This document shows, one piece after another, positions 1 to 9,779 of a stretch of 64,000 nt of DNA (its first letter is position 1; the number at the start of each line of letters is the position of its first letter). Below the pieces are notes generated by a model that did not search any database, was not told the origin of the DNA, and was given only the letters and a program-made list of their open reading frames with translations. The stretch comes from a virus, in IMG/VR virus record IMGVR_UViG_3300035698_017437, positions 64,001-128,000 of that record. The stretch is one strand, 5' to 3'. A program made the translations under genes and the position numbers.

Positions 1-2
1 AA

Positions 3-410
3 ATGGATATCAAGAAACCAAAAGAATGTTCTAACCGATATGAAGATGTAAAGAAACATGGATATTCTACAAAATTTGCCTATCATATAATTCGTTTATT
101 GAATGAAGCTGAACAAATTCTTATGTATGGAGATTTAGACCTTCAACAAAATAAAGAACAATTGAAATCTGTAAGACGAGGTGAATGGACCTCAAAAGAT
201 ATTCATGATTATTTTGATAAGAAAGAAGAGGAGTTGACAAAATTATACATATCTTCTGATGCTGTTCCGCATAAACCAGATACTAAAGCTATCAAATCAT
301 TACTGATGGATTGTTTAGAAATGTATTATGGTTCTCTTGAAAAAATGATGTCTGTTGATACCGAAAACCTTAATAAATTAGACAAGATTGCTAAAATTCT
401 TGGTAGATAA
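3..410 (+). CDS. C-terminal part of a predicted nucleotidyltransferase (RlaP/YcgL-like), probably 5'-truncated by the window
   Basis: GYSTKFAYHIIRLL...LKSVRRGEW...PHKPD pattern typical of the C-terminus of this phage family; catalytic N-terminus not visible. Confidence 0.55.
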   Translation: MDIKKPKECSNRYEDVKKHGYSTKFAYHIIRLLNEAEQILMYGDLDLQQNKEQLKSVRRGEWTSKDIHDYFDKKEEELTKLYISSDAVPHKPDTKAIKSLLMDCLEMYYGSLEKMMSVDTENLNKLDKIAKILGR

Positions 411-456
411 ATATCTATATGTCACAAAGTAATATAAAATCCATAAGGAGAATAAA

Positions 457-660
457 ATGAACGAATTCATTGAAGTAAAAAGTATTGAAGTAGCTGAAAC
501 TATTGATGATACTTCCTTATTGCTGAATAGGCTTGCTGTAAATGCCACATTCATAGGCAGTGCTCTTATAGGAATTTGGTCAAGCCTATGTGTTATTTCA
601 GCTTTTGGTGCTAATGGAGTAATTCCGGTTATCTTAGGTTTATTTGGAGCAATCGTCTAA
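457..660 (+). CDS. small membrane protein, host-like
   Basis: RBS aaggag; hydrophobic C-terminal half with ALIGIWSSLC, recalled as resembling a Desulfobulbales small-protein family. Confidence 0.45.
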   Translation: MNEFIEVKSIEVAETIDDTSLLLNRLAVNATFIGSALIGIWSSLCVISAFGANGVIPVILGLFGAIV

Positions 661-1019
661 TGGATATAGGAGAATTTTTCAACAGAAAGGAGTTTTCTTG
701 TCGAGGAAATATGTGTTGTTCTGGATCAAGTCCTATGAATCAGGATCTTATTGATGGTCTTGATGAGTTACGAAGACGAATAGGAGCAATTTATGTTACC
801 TCTGGCTTCAGGTGTCTAACTCATAATAGAAATATTGGAAGTAATGATACTAGTCAACATCCTTTAGGAACAGCGAGTGATATATGGAGTAAATATTTGA
901 CTCCTTCTGAAATAGCTGAAGTTGCTGAAGAGATTCCTATTTTCAAGAATGGTGGCATAGGAATCTATAATGACTTTGTCCATGTAGATGTCAGAAAAAC
1001 TGGCCCAGCTAGATGGTAA
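660..1019 (+). CDS. peptidase M15A (Zn D-Ala-D-Ala peptidase), candidate endolysin
   Basis: VTSGFRC..HN, SQHPLGTASD, GGIGIY..FVHVDVR....RW motifs. Confidence 0.9.
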   Translation: MDIGEFFNRKEFSCRGNMCCSGSSPMNQDLIDGLDELRRRIGAIYVTSGFRCLTHNRNIGSNDTSQHPLGTASDIWSKYLTPSEIAEVAEEIPIFKNGGIGIYNDFVHVDVRKTGPARW

Positions 1020-1054
1020 AGTTTAGAGGAATCCCAGTCCATTTTATAATATTA

Positions 1055-1062
1055 TATAAATA
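1055..1062 (+). promoter_or_regulatory. T4-type late promoter TATAAATA
   Basis: exact TATAAATA upstream of ORF 1098; other exact copies at 22162, 34837, 40802, 54208 (+) and 34349, 60373 (-); gp33 is present in the window. Confidence 0.65.
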
Positions 1063-1097
1063 TAGTAAATAATATAATTCTATCATAGGAAACAGTA

Positions 1098-1451
1098 ATG
1101 AAAAAGGCAAAAATGTTGGGAATTCTTTCAGAAGAAAAGGTTGGAGTTGATACAGGTCATGAATTAGCTCTTTCTGTCTTTGATGTCAAGATGGGTAAGA
1201 ATAAGGTATCATATAAATTAGGAATTACTCTGGATGATGAAAATGGCAAAAGACGTATGAAAGGCCCTGGTTGGGATAAAATGGCAAAAAAGATTGCTAA
1301 AGATTTTGGAACAAAACAAGTAGATAAAGATATCCAACAGAATCCTGAAATGGGAGATGTAGCTTGGTTTGAGATTATGGAAGAAGAGAAGTTTGATTCT
1401 CCTTGGCGTTATATCAAATTGAACAATAAGAAAATTCCTCTAGGACAATAA
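1098..1451 (+). CDS. hypothetical late protein
   Basis: ORF with RBS behind a late promoter. Confidence 0.6.
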   Translation: MKKAKMLGILSEEKVGVDTGHELALSVFDVKMGKNKVSYKLGITLDDENGKRRMKGPGWDKMAKKIAKDFGTKQVDKDIQQNPEMGDVAWFEIMEEEKFDSPWRYIKLNNKKIPLGQ

Positions 1452-1453
1452 AT

Positions 1454-1636
1454 ATGTTGACTTATAAAGCATTTTTGAATGAAGAAACTGGCGATAAAAA
1501 AGAATATCAGAAGTTTTTCAATAAAACTTTGAAAAAATATGGTGTTGATGAACCAGATAAACTATCTAAAGAAGATTCCAAGGAATTCTATAACGAAATT
1601 GATTCTGGTTGGTCAGGAGATAAGGAGTCTGACTGA
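1454..1636 (+). CDS. candidate internal head protein
   Basis: N-terminus MLTYKAFLNEE resembles the T4 capsid-targeting sequence MKTYQEFIAE. Confidence 0.55.
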   Translation: MLTYKAFLNEETGDKKEYQKFFNKTLKKYGVDEPDKLSKEDSKEFYNEIDSGWSGDKESD

Positions 1637-1821
1637 TGCTGACCTGTGGACATGAAGAAATATATAATGCCGAATATGATGCCCATTATTGTGGTATTTG
1701 TAATATTTGGGTAGATGTACAATGTGAGGATCCTCAATGTTGTTATTGTATAGATAGACCTGAAACTCCTCTAGCGGATAAAGATTTAGATACCAAAGAG
1801 GTATTAGATAGAAGATAAGTC

Positions 1822-1898
1822 TTGACTTCTCATTCTATACATGTTATAATAGTGTATACTGAATGAGAAATACCTAATTCAAAATAGAGAACAAAATG
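1822..1898 (+). promoter_or_regulatory. repeated early promoter + leader + RBS cassette
   Basis: TTGACT-17-TATAAT with extended -10 TG, then AGTGTATAC..AATGAGAAATACCTAATTCAAAATAGAGAACAAAATG. Confidence 0.9.
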
Positions 1899-2099
1899 AA
1901 ATGTTCAGGTAAATTGTTTATGATTATTTATGAAGTAGAGTTTCCTTGTGAGGGACAGACAAATTTCAAAGAAGAATGGTCAACAGGAATAGATGAGTTT
2001 GATGCCGCTGAAAATCTCAAACGGCGCCTGGGTGAGATTGGAATATGTTCTATTACCCCAATGGGATCAAAATAAAAATTTGAATTAGGAGAATTTGTT

Positions 2100-2702
2100 A
2101 TGTTGTTAGGTAAAAAAGCAGTAGCTATTTGTGAGGGAATTGCCAAGGAGTGGGATAATTATCATTCTTTGAATACTCTTTGTATTGAAAAAGAGGAAAT
2201 TTCGGCTTCAAATGGACATTCTCTATATTGGGTAGAAAATGATGAAGTTGAATTGGATTATCCAGAAAGAAAAGATTATCAAGATATTCAAGAGTTTCCT
2301 GCTTTTATTCCTGTAGATGTTTTGAAGAGAATTATCCCATCAATTCCAAAGGGAAATCTGGATTGTATCAAAAAAATAAATGTTGAGAAGAATAAAGTCT
2401 CTACAAACAATTTAGATTTTGAAACAACTATAGAATATAGAGATATCTCAGATGTTTCTTTCCCTGACATGGATCCTATAAAAAAATATTATGAAAAACC
2501 TCAGAAAGACCCTGTTGTAGAATTCAATCTCTCGGTTACAGAATTAGAAGTTTTATTGAAAATTGCTAAAAAAGTGAAATCCTCAGGATTAGATATTATC
2601 AAATTCAAAGCATCTGGTCAAAACCATCCCGTTTCTGTTGAAATAGATGTAAACGAACCTGGAGAATTTATAAAAGGTATGATCATGCCTTGTCAATCCT
2701 AA
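2100..2702 (+). CDS. DNA polymerase III beta-clamp-like protein (partial fold)
   Basis: ASNGHSL, FPDMDPI and terminal GMIMP resemble DnaN ATDGHRL / YPDY / VIMP motifs. Confidence 0.5.
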   Translation: MLLGKKAVAICEGIAKEWDNYHSLNTLCIEKEEISASNGHSLYWVENDEVELDYPERKDYQDIQEFPAFIPVDVLKRIIPSIPKGNLDCIKKINVEKNKVSTNNLDFETTIEYRDISDVSFPDMDPIKKYYEKPQKDPVVEFNLSVTELEVLLKIAKKVKSSGLDIIKFKASGQNHPVSVEIDVNEPGEFIKGMIMPCQS

Positions 2703-2708
2703 AGGCTT

Positions 2709-2787
2709 AGGATTGCCTGTCCGCTCTGTTCCACATCTGCGATACTGTGATATAAAAATTGTATTATCAGTAAGGACAGGCAATCCT
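2709..2787 (+). ncRNA. intergenic stem-loop / candidate small RNA
   Basis: perfect 14-bp inverted repeat aggattgcctgtcc / ggacaggcaatcct enclosing about 50 nt; no U-tail. Confidence 0.45.
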
Positions 2788-3009
2788 CCACGTTATACCC
2801 ACGTAAGACTGTAATATTATTATAAGAATAATCCCTAAAAACTTTTGGAGAACAATTATGAAGAAAGAAAATGAAGTATCATCCTCACAAATCTATGGCA
2901 ACATCTGTCAAAAATGTAAATCCCACTCCAATAACCCATCTTTCTGTAAAAGGAAAGAATCTTTCGTCGGCCGTAAACAGGATGCTTGTGACTTATTCAA
3001 GGTGAAAAA

Positions 3010-3366
3010 GTGAATATAATAGTATGTCCAACCCATGAGGTAAAGATATTCTGTGGAACAAAACCAGGATATGAAAATACATCTTTTACTCAACAATCCA
3101 TTATTTCCCTAGAACTTCAAGACCTTTGTGAAAAATATTGTGATGAAATTGGATTAGGATTGACATTTACCAACACAAAGTTTATTTACACTGATGGAAA
3201 GGAAGAGGGTGTAATTGTTGGATTGATCAATTATCCTAGATTTCCTAAAGCTCCTCTTGAAATTGAAGAAATTGCTTTTGATTTAGGTGAAAAAATGATG
3301 ATCCTTGCTAATCAAGAAAGGATTTCTGTCCTTACTCCAACCACAACTTATATGTTGGAGATATAA
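3010..3366 (+). CDS. hypothetical phage protein
   Basis: ORF in the operon direction; FIYTDGKEEG..VGLINYPRFP. Confidence 0.6.
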   Translation: MNIIVCPTHEVKIFCGTKPGYENTSFTQQSIISLELQDLCEKYCDEIGLGLTFTNTKFIYTDGKEEGVIVGLINYPRFPKAPLEIEEIAFDLGEKMMILANQERISVLTPTTTYMLEI

Positions 3367-4186
3367 TGGAAAAAATAATTATGTATTGTCCTTCATGCAA
3401 TTTTATGGAATTAGTTGTAAGATCTATATATGATCCTGAAGATGCTACCATTTTAAAAATGAACTGTGATAGTTGCGAATCTTGTAAAGCAGATGAAGCT
3501 AAAAAGGGCCAATATTATGGTCAGAAAGGAGAAATAAATGGATAAGATGTATTGTTATATTCGGACATCCAATAGATCTTTTGATTTTAGGTTATCAAAA
3601 GATTTAGATATCTTGGGTAAATTTGTTATGAGTGATAAGGTTGAATTGGAAGAAGAAGTAAGTTCTTGGCACGTTCTTGAGTATACTACATGTTTCAACT
3701 CTATATTATTCACTTTTGATAAATTTGGTTGTACTAAACCTGAATTGTTCACTTCTAATAATGTGAAAGGAGATAGGATATTTGAAAAATATTCTCAAGG
3801 AAAAGAAAATAAAGTTATAACTTCAATAGAATCATCAATTTTAGGAGAATAAAATGAAAATGGGCCAACAGTGGGAACGAGTTACCGGAAAAGATCTCCA
3901 CGATAAAACAGATCAAACAAATAAAAATGCCTCAACTCGGGTTTCAGGTAAGTTTATTTCAGCTTGTGAGAAAGCTGGGATTCCAGCAACTCGGAGGCAA
4001 GCTTCTAAATGGAACATGAAAAAGGGGCTTGCTTTTTCGGGATGACAATTTTCTGGTATTTTTATTATAGCCAAACTATCATTGTATTTTATTCTTTGGG
4101 TAGTTTGGCTATAATAACAGTAATAGCTAAAATATTGTATGAAATGTATGTACAGTTTAAGGGCATGTTCTGTAAAGGAGAGAAAA

Positions 4187-5077
4187 ATGAAATATGATTT
4201 GATAGATCCTGAAGTAAATTGGTTGGGACAAGTTCCAAAATTAGGTCCAGATAATTTGCTGGAATGTTTAGAATTCATTGAAGTTGCTGGTAGAATAGCT
4301 TATCAATCTCAAGAAAAGATAAAGTCTGGCTCTGCTGAGAAGTTTTGTAATAAAATGATGTCTCATGATCCTAAACATGGAGCTGTGATTGAACATTCCA
4401 ATATGGTTTGGGAAATTTACGATACCGTAGAAGTCATAGATAAAATCAAAGTTTCTATTTCTGGCTCCTTTCTGAAATTAGAATCATATTTCAATGATAG
4501 TTTAGGAGTATATGTTTATTATCTTGGTGGCAATCTCCGAGCTTGGTATGAATTTCTTGAAGTTGAGGATTTGAAGGATATTTATTCAGCTTCAGAGGAA
4601 TATCTTGAAGGTTTCTGTACATGTATATTTACCATTTGTGTTGATGATGATTTTGTTCCTGAAGGATTGGATGCTCATTCTTGTATATTCACAAATGATA
4701 GAGCATTCACTCATGAATTGGTTCGGCATAGACCTTGCTCTTTTCTTATGGCTTCTCAGAGATATATTCCAAATGATGGAAGAATTAAGGTTATTCGACC
4801 TCCATGGATGGTTTTGAATTCCCTATTAGAAGACAATGGAAAAACAAAAGAACTTTTCCTCAATTCTATATCACGATCCTTTGAATGTTATCATATGTTG
4901 AGAAGTCATAAGATGTCGCCTCAATATGCTAGAGGTGTTCTTCCTAATGCCATCAAAACAGAAATTATTGTAACTTGTGATATTACTGAATGGAAATGGA
5001 TAAAACTTCTTAGAAGTGCCTCTGGAGCTCATCCATCAATGAAGGAAGCATTTAAAGAGTTAGATGATGTAATATAA
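4187..5077 (+). CDS. thyX: FAD-dependent thymidylate synthase
   Basis: HELVRHR-x7-SQRY signature, ARGVLPNA, AHPSM; RBS aaggag before ATG 4187. Confidence 0.95.
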   Translation: MKYDLIDPEVNWLGQVPKLGPDNLLECLEFIEVAGRIAYQSQEKIKSGSAEKFCNKMMSHDPKHGAVIEHSNMVWEIYDTVEVIDKIKVSISGSFLKLESYFNDSLGVYVYYLGGNLRAWYEFLEVEDLKDIYSASEEYLEGFCTCIFTICVDDDFVPEGLDAHSCIFTNDRAFTHELVRHRPCSFLMASQRYIPNDGRIKVIRPPWMVLNSLLEDNGKTKELFLNSISRSFECYHMLRSHKMSPQYARGVLPNAIKTEIIVTCDITEWKWIKLLRSASGAHPSMKEAFKELDDVI

Positions 5078-5112
5078 GATCTATAACTATTATGATTCCA
5101 GCCGTTTTAGTG

Positions 5113-5141
5113 TTGACTTTTCATTTCATATATGCTATAAT
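5113..5141 (+). promoter_or_regulatory. early sigma70 promoter (cassette copy)
   Basis: TTGACT-17-TATAAT followed by AGTGTATAC. Confidence 0.85.
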
Positions 5142-5173
5142 AGTGTATACAAAAATGAAATGGAGGTTACAAA

Positions 5174-5476
5174 ATGAAAATATTTTTGGATGATGTAAGA
5201 GATTGTCCTGAAGGCTTGATTCTCTGTAGAACTGCTGAGGAAGCCATTGAACTAATCAACTCTGAGGATGTAGAGTATATTTCTTTTGATCATGATTTGG
5301 GTCTTGGGAAAACTGGATATGAGGTAGCTTGTCATATTGAACTTCTTGTTCATCTTGATTTTATGTCTGTTCCTGGGTGGAATATTCATTCTTCTAATCC
5401 TGTTGGCCGTAAGAATATTCAAGAAGCAATGGAATCAGCAGAAAGATTTCAAAGGAGAAATGATGGCATTAGTTAG
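5174..5476 (+). CDS. cyclic-phosphate-processing receiver domain protein
   Basis: IFLDDVR, ISFDHDLG, TGYEVA, IHSSNPVG motifs. Confidence 0.8.
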   Translation: MKIFLDDVRDCPEGLILCRTAEEAIELINSEDVEYISFDHDLGLGKTGYEVACHIELLVHLDFMSVPGWNIHSSNPVGRKNIQEAMESAERFQRRNDGIS

Positions 5477-5703
5477 AAATTTCTTTTGTACAGTTTGTTT
5501 AGAAGAGAAAGAGGAAATTATTTCCTCTAAACATCCAAATATATGTATGAATTGTTATAGTGAGGAGTTATCTCTAAAAAGAGTTTGTTATCTTATTGGG
5601 GTAAAATCTATTCCTATTGAAGACAGATTATCAAGAGTAGAAGCCTGGATATATGATCACAAACATAATGTTGATCCAATGAATATTAAATATGGGTGAG
5701 AAA

Positions 5704-6702
5704 ATGAAAATAACAAGAAATTTGGAAGTACCAACAGGAAATATCCTTATTGTTGAAGGCGATAAAGGAAATCTTGAATGTTTATCTATTGGAGATTATG
5801 GTAAAGATCTTAACATTAAAGCTGATTTTTTGGGGATCACTAATGAAATTGAAGGAGTTCCTAATTCTGAAATTATGCCTCTTGAAAAGAAATGGGTAAT
5901 AACTCTTTCTACTCAATATGGTTGTTCAATGAATTGTAAATTTTGTGATGTTCCTAGAGTTGGCCCTGGACGTAATGCTACATTTGATGATCTTGTTGGA
6001 CAAGTTAAAACCGCTATGTCTTTACATCCTGAGGTAAAACGAACAGATAGATTGAATATACATTATGCCCGTATGGGAGAACCTACTTTCAATCCAAATG
6101 TTCTTAGGCATAGCGCATATATGAGTATTCAATCAATCTTAAGGGATTCTTTGATTCATCCTGTGATATCTACAATGTTGCCAAGAAAGAATAAAAAATT
6201 AGAGAGTTTCTTGGAAACATGGACAAGAGACATAAAGAATGGATTCTATAATGGCGATGCGGGACTTCAATTTTCAATCAATAGCACAAATAACAATCAG
6301 AGAAAGGAAATGTTTTCTGGAAATTCCTTATCTTTACAGGATATTTCTAAAATTGGCACAGACTTGATTATGCCAAAGGGAAGAAAATATGCTTTGAATA
6401 TTGCCCTTGCTGATAATTATGAAGTTGATGCTAAAGAAATGAAGAGATTATTTTCACCTGATAAATTTATGGTGAAAATTACTCCTCTTCATGTTACGAA
6501 TTCAAGTTCTGACAATAAAATTGTGACTAGTGGTGGATATACAAATTATACACCATATCAATATGTGGAAAGAGATTTAATTGCTGAAGGTTTTGATGTA
6601 TTAGTGTTTGTCCCATCTATGGACGAAGATGAAAGTAGAATTACTTGTGGTAATGCTATACTCAGCGGATCTCTTCCAACTTGTGAATTTAATGAGCTTT
6701 GA
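5704..6702 (+). CDS. RlmN/Cfr-like radical SAM protein
   Basis: STQYGCSMNCKFC (CxxxCxxC), MGEP, C-terminal TCGN. Confidence 0.85.
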   Translation: MKITRNLEVPTGNILIVEGDKGNLECLSIGDYGKDLNIKADFLGITNEIEGVPNSEIMPLEKKWVITLSTQYGCSMNCKFCDVPRVGPGRNATFDDLVGQVKTAMSLHPEVKRTDRLNIHYARMGEPTFNPNVLRHSAYMSIQSILRDSLIHPVISTMLPRKNKKLESFLETWTRDIKNGFYNGDAGLQFSINSTNNNQRKEMFSGNSLSLQDISKIGTDLIMPKGRKYALNIALADNYEVDAKEMKRLFSPDKFMVKITPLHVTNSSSDNKIVTSGGYTNYTPYQYVERDLIAEGFDVLVFVPSMDEDESRITCGNAILSGSLPTCEFNEL

Positions 6703-6736
6703 AATGAATATTGACAATAAAGAGGGAATTAGAGTT

Positions 6737-6958
6737 ATGAAAAAAATTATTGTTTGTATGTTTTGTCTGTTAGTATTTGTTGGATGTGAAAGAGTCCGAC
6801 CAGAATTGATTTATGAGGCCGAAAAGGCTTGTGAGACTCAAGGGGGATTGAAGTTAGTTAAAATAGCCCTTTTCAATAATGAAGCATTTTGTAATAATGG
6901 TGTTATTATGATTGATTATAAACAAACATATATAGAAGACAGAGAAATAAAAGACTAA
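6737..6958 (+). CDS. putative lipoprotein
   Basis: MKKIIVCMFCLLVFVG-C lipobox-like signal. Confidence 0.5.
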   Translation: MKKIIVCMFCLLVFVGCERVRPELIYEAEKACETQGGLKLVKIALFNNEAFCNNGVIMIDYKQTYIEDREIKD

Positions 6959-6979
6959 TCAAAACAAAGGACAAAAGAT

Positions 6980-8683
6980 ATGGACCAACTCCAGAAATAC
7001 ATTCACCTGAGCAAGTATTCCAAGTGGGTAGAAGAATTATTACGACGAGAAACTTGGACAGAAACAGTAGATAGATATATTGATTTCTGGAGAAATAGAT
7101 ATGATCTTTCAAATAATGTCCTAAAAGAAATCCGAAAATCTATATTGAATCTTGAAGTAATGCCTTCCATGAGAGCCTTAATGACCGCAGGCAAAGCTCT
7201 TGAAATTGATAATATGGCTGGTTTCAATTGTACAGCAACAGCAATAAATCACCAAGCTGTCTTTTCTGAAGCTTTTTATATTTTAATGTGTGGATCGGGC
7301 CTGGGATTTTCTGCGGAAAGGCAATACATAAACAAACTTCCTGAAGTAGCTGAAACATTGTATCCATCGGATACAATTATCAATGTAAGAGATTCTAAAA
7401 TAGGTTGGGCTACAGCACTCAAAGAATTGATTTCTTCTCTTTATAATGGAACAATTCCAAAATGGAATCTTGAGAAAATTCGTCCTGCTGGTTCAAGATT
7501 GAAAACCTTTGGGGGTAGGGCATCTGGCCCAGCTCCTCTTGGAAAACTATTCAATCAAGTTGTACAAATATTCAAGGGAGCAACAGGAAGAAAATTGAAT
7601 TCCATTGAATGTCATGATCTGATGTGTTTTATAGCCGATGCTGTAATTGTCGGAGGAGTTAGGAGAAGTTCGTTAATTTCTTTATCAAACTTGACAGATG
7701 ATAGGATGAGAAGAGCAAAGAATGGACAATGGTGGGAGATTAATCCTCAAAGAGCTTTAGCTAATAATTCCGTAGCATACACTGAAAAGCCAGATCTTGC
7801 CGCTTTCTCAAAAGAATGGAGATCTCTATACACATCCAAATCTGGAGAAAGAGGTATATATAATAAAGAACATGCTTATCTAAAATGTGAGGCATTAGGT
7901 AGAACAGAAAATTTCAATGGATCATTTATTCCCAATCCTTGTGCTGAGATATTACTTAGAGACACAGGCGGCGGTTGTAACCTATCTTCTAAAATTATTC
8001 GCCAGAATATCTCATTTCAAGAAATGTTGGATGGATTGAGAATAGCAACTATTATCGGAACACTTCAATCAACTTTGACTGATTTCAGGTTTTTGAGGAA
8101 AGTATGGAAGGATAATTGTGAAGAGGAGCGGCTTTTAGGTGTATCTTTGAATGGAATAATGGATAATAAAATCTTTTCTAATATGGCATCAAGAGAGGAG
8201 TTTGTTGAATTTTCGGGTGATGAATCGCTTGATTGTCTTGCTAAAATCCTTGACCATATGAGAGCTTACTGTAGGACTATAAATGTAAAATGGTCAAAGA
8301 AATTGGGAATAACTCCATCTAAAGCTATAACTACAATAAAGCCAGAAGGCTGTTTGGAAATAGGATCAAAAATACGAACCTCAGAAGGAGCAAAATCCAT
8401 TGAGGATTTTTTCAAGGATTCTGGAATAGATTTACTTTTATTTGAAGGTAGTAAGGATATATGGTTTAAACCCGATATTTCATATAAAGTATACAATCGT
8501 AATAATAAGGAAGTGGATGTGTCAAAATTGTATTATAATGGAATACCTAAAGAAACAGTAAAATTAAATTTTGAGGATGGAACAGAACAAAATGTTACTC
8601 CAGATCACAAGTTTGAGACTATTTCGGGAAAATTTGTGAAGGCTAAAGATCTTACAATGATGGATGATATTAAATCCTTTTAA
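6980..8683 (+). CDS. nrdJ: class II (B12) ribonucleotide reductase N-terminal part fused to split-intein N half
   Basis: RETWTETVDRY, MPSMRAL, VGGVRRS, NPCAEI, TTIKPEG, then intein start CLEIGSKI. Confidence 0.93.
   Translation: MDQLQKYIHLSKYSKWVEELLRRETWTETVDRYIDFWRNRYDLSNNVLKEIRKSILNLEVMPSMRALMTAGKALEIDNMAGFNCTATAINHQAVFSEAFYILMCGSGLGFSAERQYINKLPEVAETLYPSDTIINVRDSKIGWATALKELISSLYNGTIPKWNLEKIRPAGSRLKTFGGRASGPAPLGKLFNQVVQIFKGATGRKLNSIECHDLMCFIADAVIVGGVRRSSLISLSNLTDDRMRRAKNGQWWEINPQRALANNSVAYTEKPDLAAFSKEWRSLYTSKSGERGIYNKEHAYLKCEALGRTENFNGSFIPNPCAEILLRDTGGGCNLSSKIIRQNISFQEMLDGLRIATIIGTLQSTLTDFRFLRKVWKDNCEEERLLGVSLNGIMDNKIFSNMASREEFVEFSGDESLDCLAKILDHMRAYCRTINVKWSKKLGITPSKAITTIKPEGCLEIGSKIRTSEGAKSIEDFFKDSGIDLLLFEGSKDIWFKPDISYKVYNRNNKEVDVSKLYYNGIPKETVKLNFEDGTEQNVTPDHKFETISGKFVKAKDLTMMDDIKSF
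8351..8680 (+). mobile_element. split intein N fragment (IntN, about 110 aa)
   Basis: Cys1 block A CLEIGSKIRT, block B VTPDHKF, terminal VKAKDL...DDI then stop. Confidence 0.9.
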
Positions 8684-8897
8684 ATCCTTAGACCTATAGT
8701 TAGAAATCAAATTTCATAAAGAAATACGACAAGGAGATAAATTGAGGTATCTGTTTGTTTTAGATAGGATTAAGAACCATTTAATCATTTGGGAATCGGA
8801 ATACAATAAGGACAGAAACAAATGTTTAGAAGATTTAATAATAACAATAAAGGAAATGAGAAATGAGATTGAGCCAAAATCCAGTAATAGAGAGTAA
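8664..8897 (+). pseudogene. degenerate Vsr/DUF559-like endonuclease between the intein halves
   Basis: one frame reads MILNPFKSLDL*LEIKFHKEIRQGDKLRYLFVLDRIKNHLIIWESEYNKD...; IIWESE is a Vsr-like C-terminal motif. Confidence 0.6.
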
Positions 8898-9519
8898 TGG
8901 AATACTTACATTAGACATAGAAACAGACGATACTCATACCTACCAATTGGCTAATGGATGTGTTAGTCATAACACGTCTTCTCTTCTTGTTGCTAGTTCA
9001 TCTGGTATTCATCCAAGAGAATCTTATTGGTATATCCGAAGAGTTCGCCAAGATAAAAAAGATCCTCTATCCATGTTGATGATTGATCAAGGAGTTCCCT
9101 ATGTAGATGATGGAGATAAATATATTTTCACTTTCTATATTGAATCTCCTTCACATTCAATAACTAAAGAGCAAATGGGCGCAATAGATCAATTGGAATT
9201 GTGGAAGATTTATGCTACTCATTGGACGGATCATAATGTTAGCCAGACTATATATTATACAGAAGATGAGTATTTTGCTGTTGCTGATTGGGTATGGAAA
9301 AATTGGGATATCATATGTGGATTGAGTTTCTTTCCATCTTCTGATCATATATATGAAAATGCTCCTTTAGAAACTATTACCAAAGAAGAATATGATAAAG
9401 CAATGGAAACCTATCCAATAATTGATTTTAGTAAATTAGTAAATTTTGAACATGAAGATAATACCAGTACCAATGAATTAGGAGTTGCCTGCACGGGCGG
9501 GACTTGTGAAGTACTCTAA
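8863..9519 (+). CDS. nrdJ: split-intein C half (37 aa) fused to ribonucleotide reductase C-terminal part
   Basis: TLDIETDDTHTYQLANGCVSHN|T then SSLL..SSGIHP, DHNVSQT, terminal ACTGGTCEV. Confidence 0.93.
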   Translation: MRLSQNPVIESNGILTLDIETDDTHTYQLANGCVSHNTSSLLVASSSGIHPRESYWYIRRVRQDKKDPLSMLMIDQGVPYVDDGDKYIFTFYIESPSHSITKEQMGAIDQLELWKIYATHWTDHNVSQTIYYTEDEYFAVADWVWKNWDIICGLSFFPSSDHIYENAPLETITKEEYDKAMETYPIIDFSKLVNFEHEDNTSTNELGVACTGGTCEVL

Positions 9520-9547
9520 CAGATAATAAACCTTAACGGAGAAGTAA

Positions 9548-9715
9548 ATGAGTGAATCAACCGAAGTAATGAAAGAATTATGTGAAGATTTTATCCTTGA
9601 ACTAGAAACCTGTGAGAAAACTAAAGCCAGTGGACAACGAGCAAGAAAGCTTTCAAATACCCTTACTAAGGCAATGAAAGATTTCCGAAAAGAAAACGTC
9701 GCAATCCATAAATAA
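9548..9715 (+). CDS. Hc1/histone H1-like small basic protein (55 aa, not in ORF track)
   Basis: KASGQRARKLSNTLTKAMKDFRKEN matches the Hc1-family pattern KAAxxRARKxSxxLxKxxKxFRK; RBS ggag. Confidence 0.7.
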   Translation: MSESTEVMKELCEDFILELETCEKTKASGQRARKLSNTLTKAMKDFRKENVAIHK

Positions 9716-9723
9716 ACAACATT

Positions 9724-9755
9724 GAAAGCCTTAACTATACCAAGTTAAGGCTTTC
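9724..9755 (+). terminator. stem-loop, probable terminator
   Basis: gaaagccttaact / agttaaggctttc 13-bp inverted repeat; weak U-tract. Confidence 0.6.
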
Positions 9756-9779
9756 CCCTTAAGAGATATATATATATAT

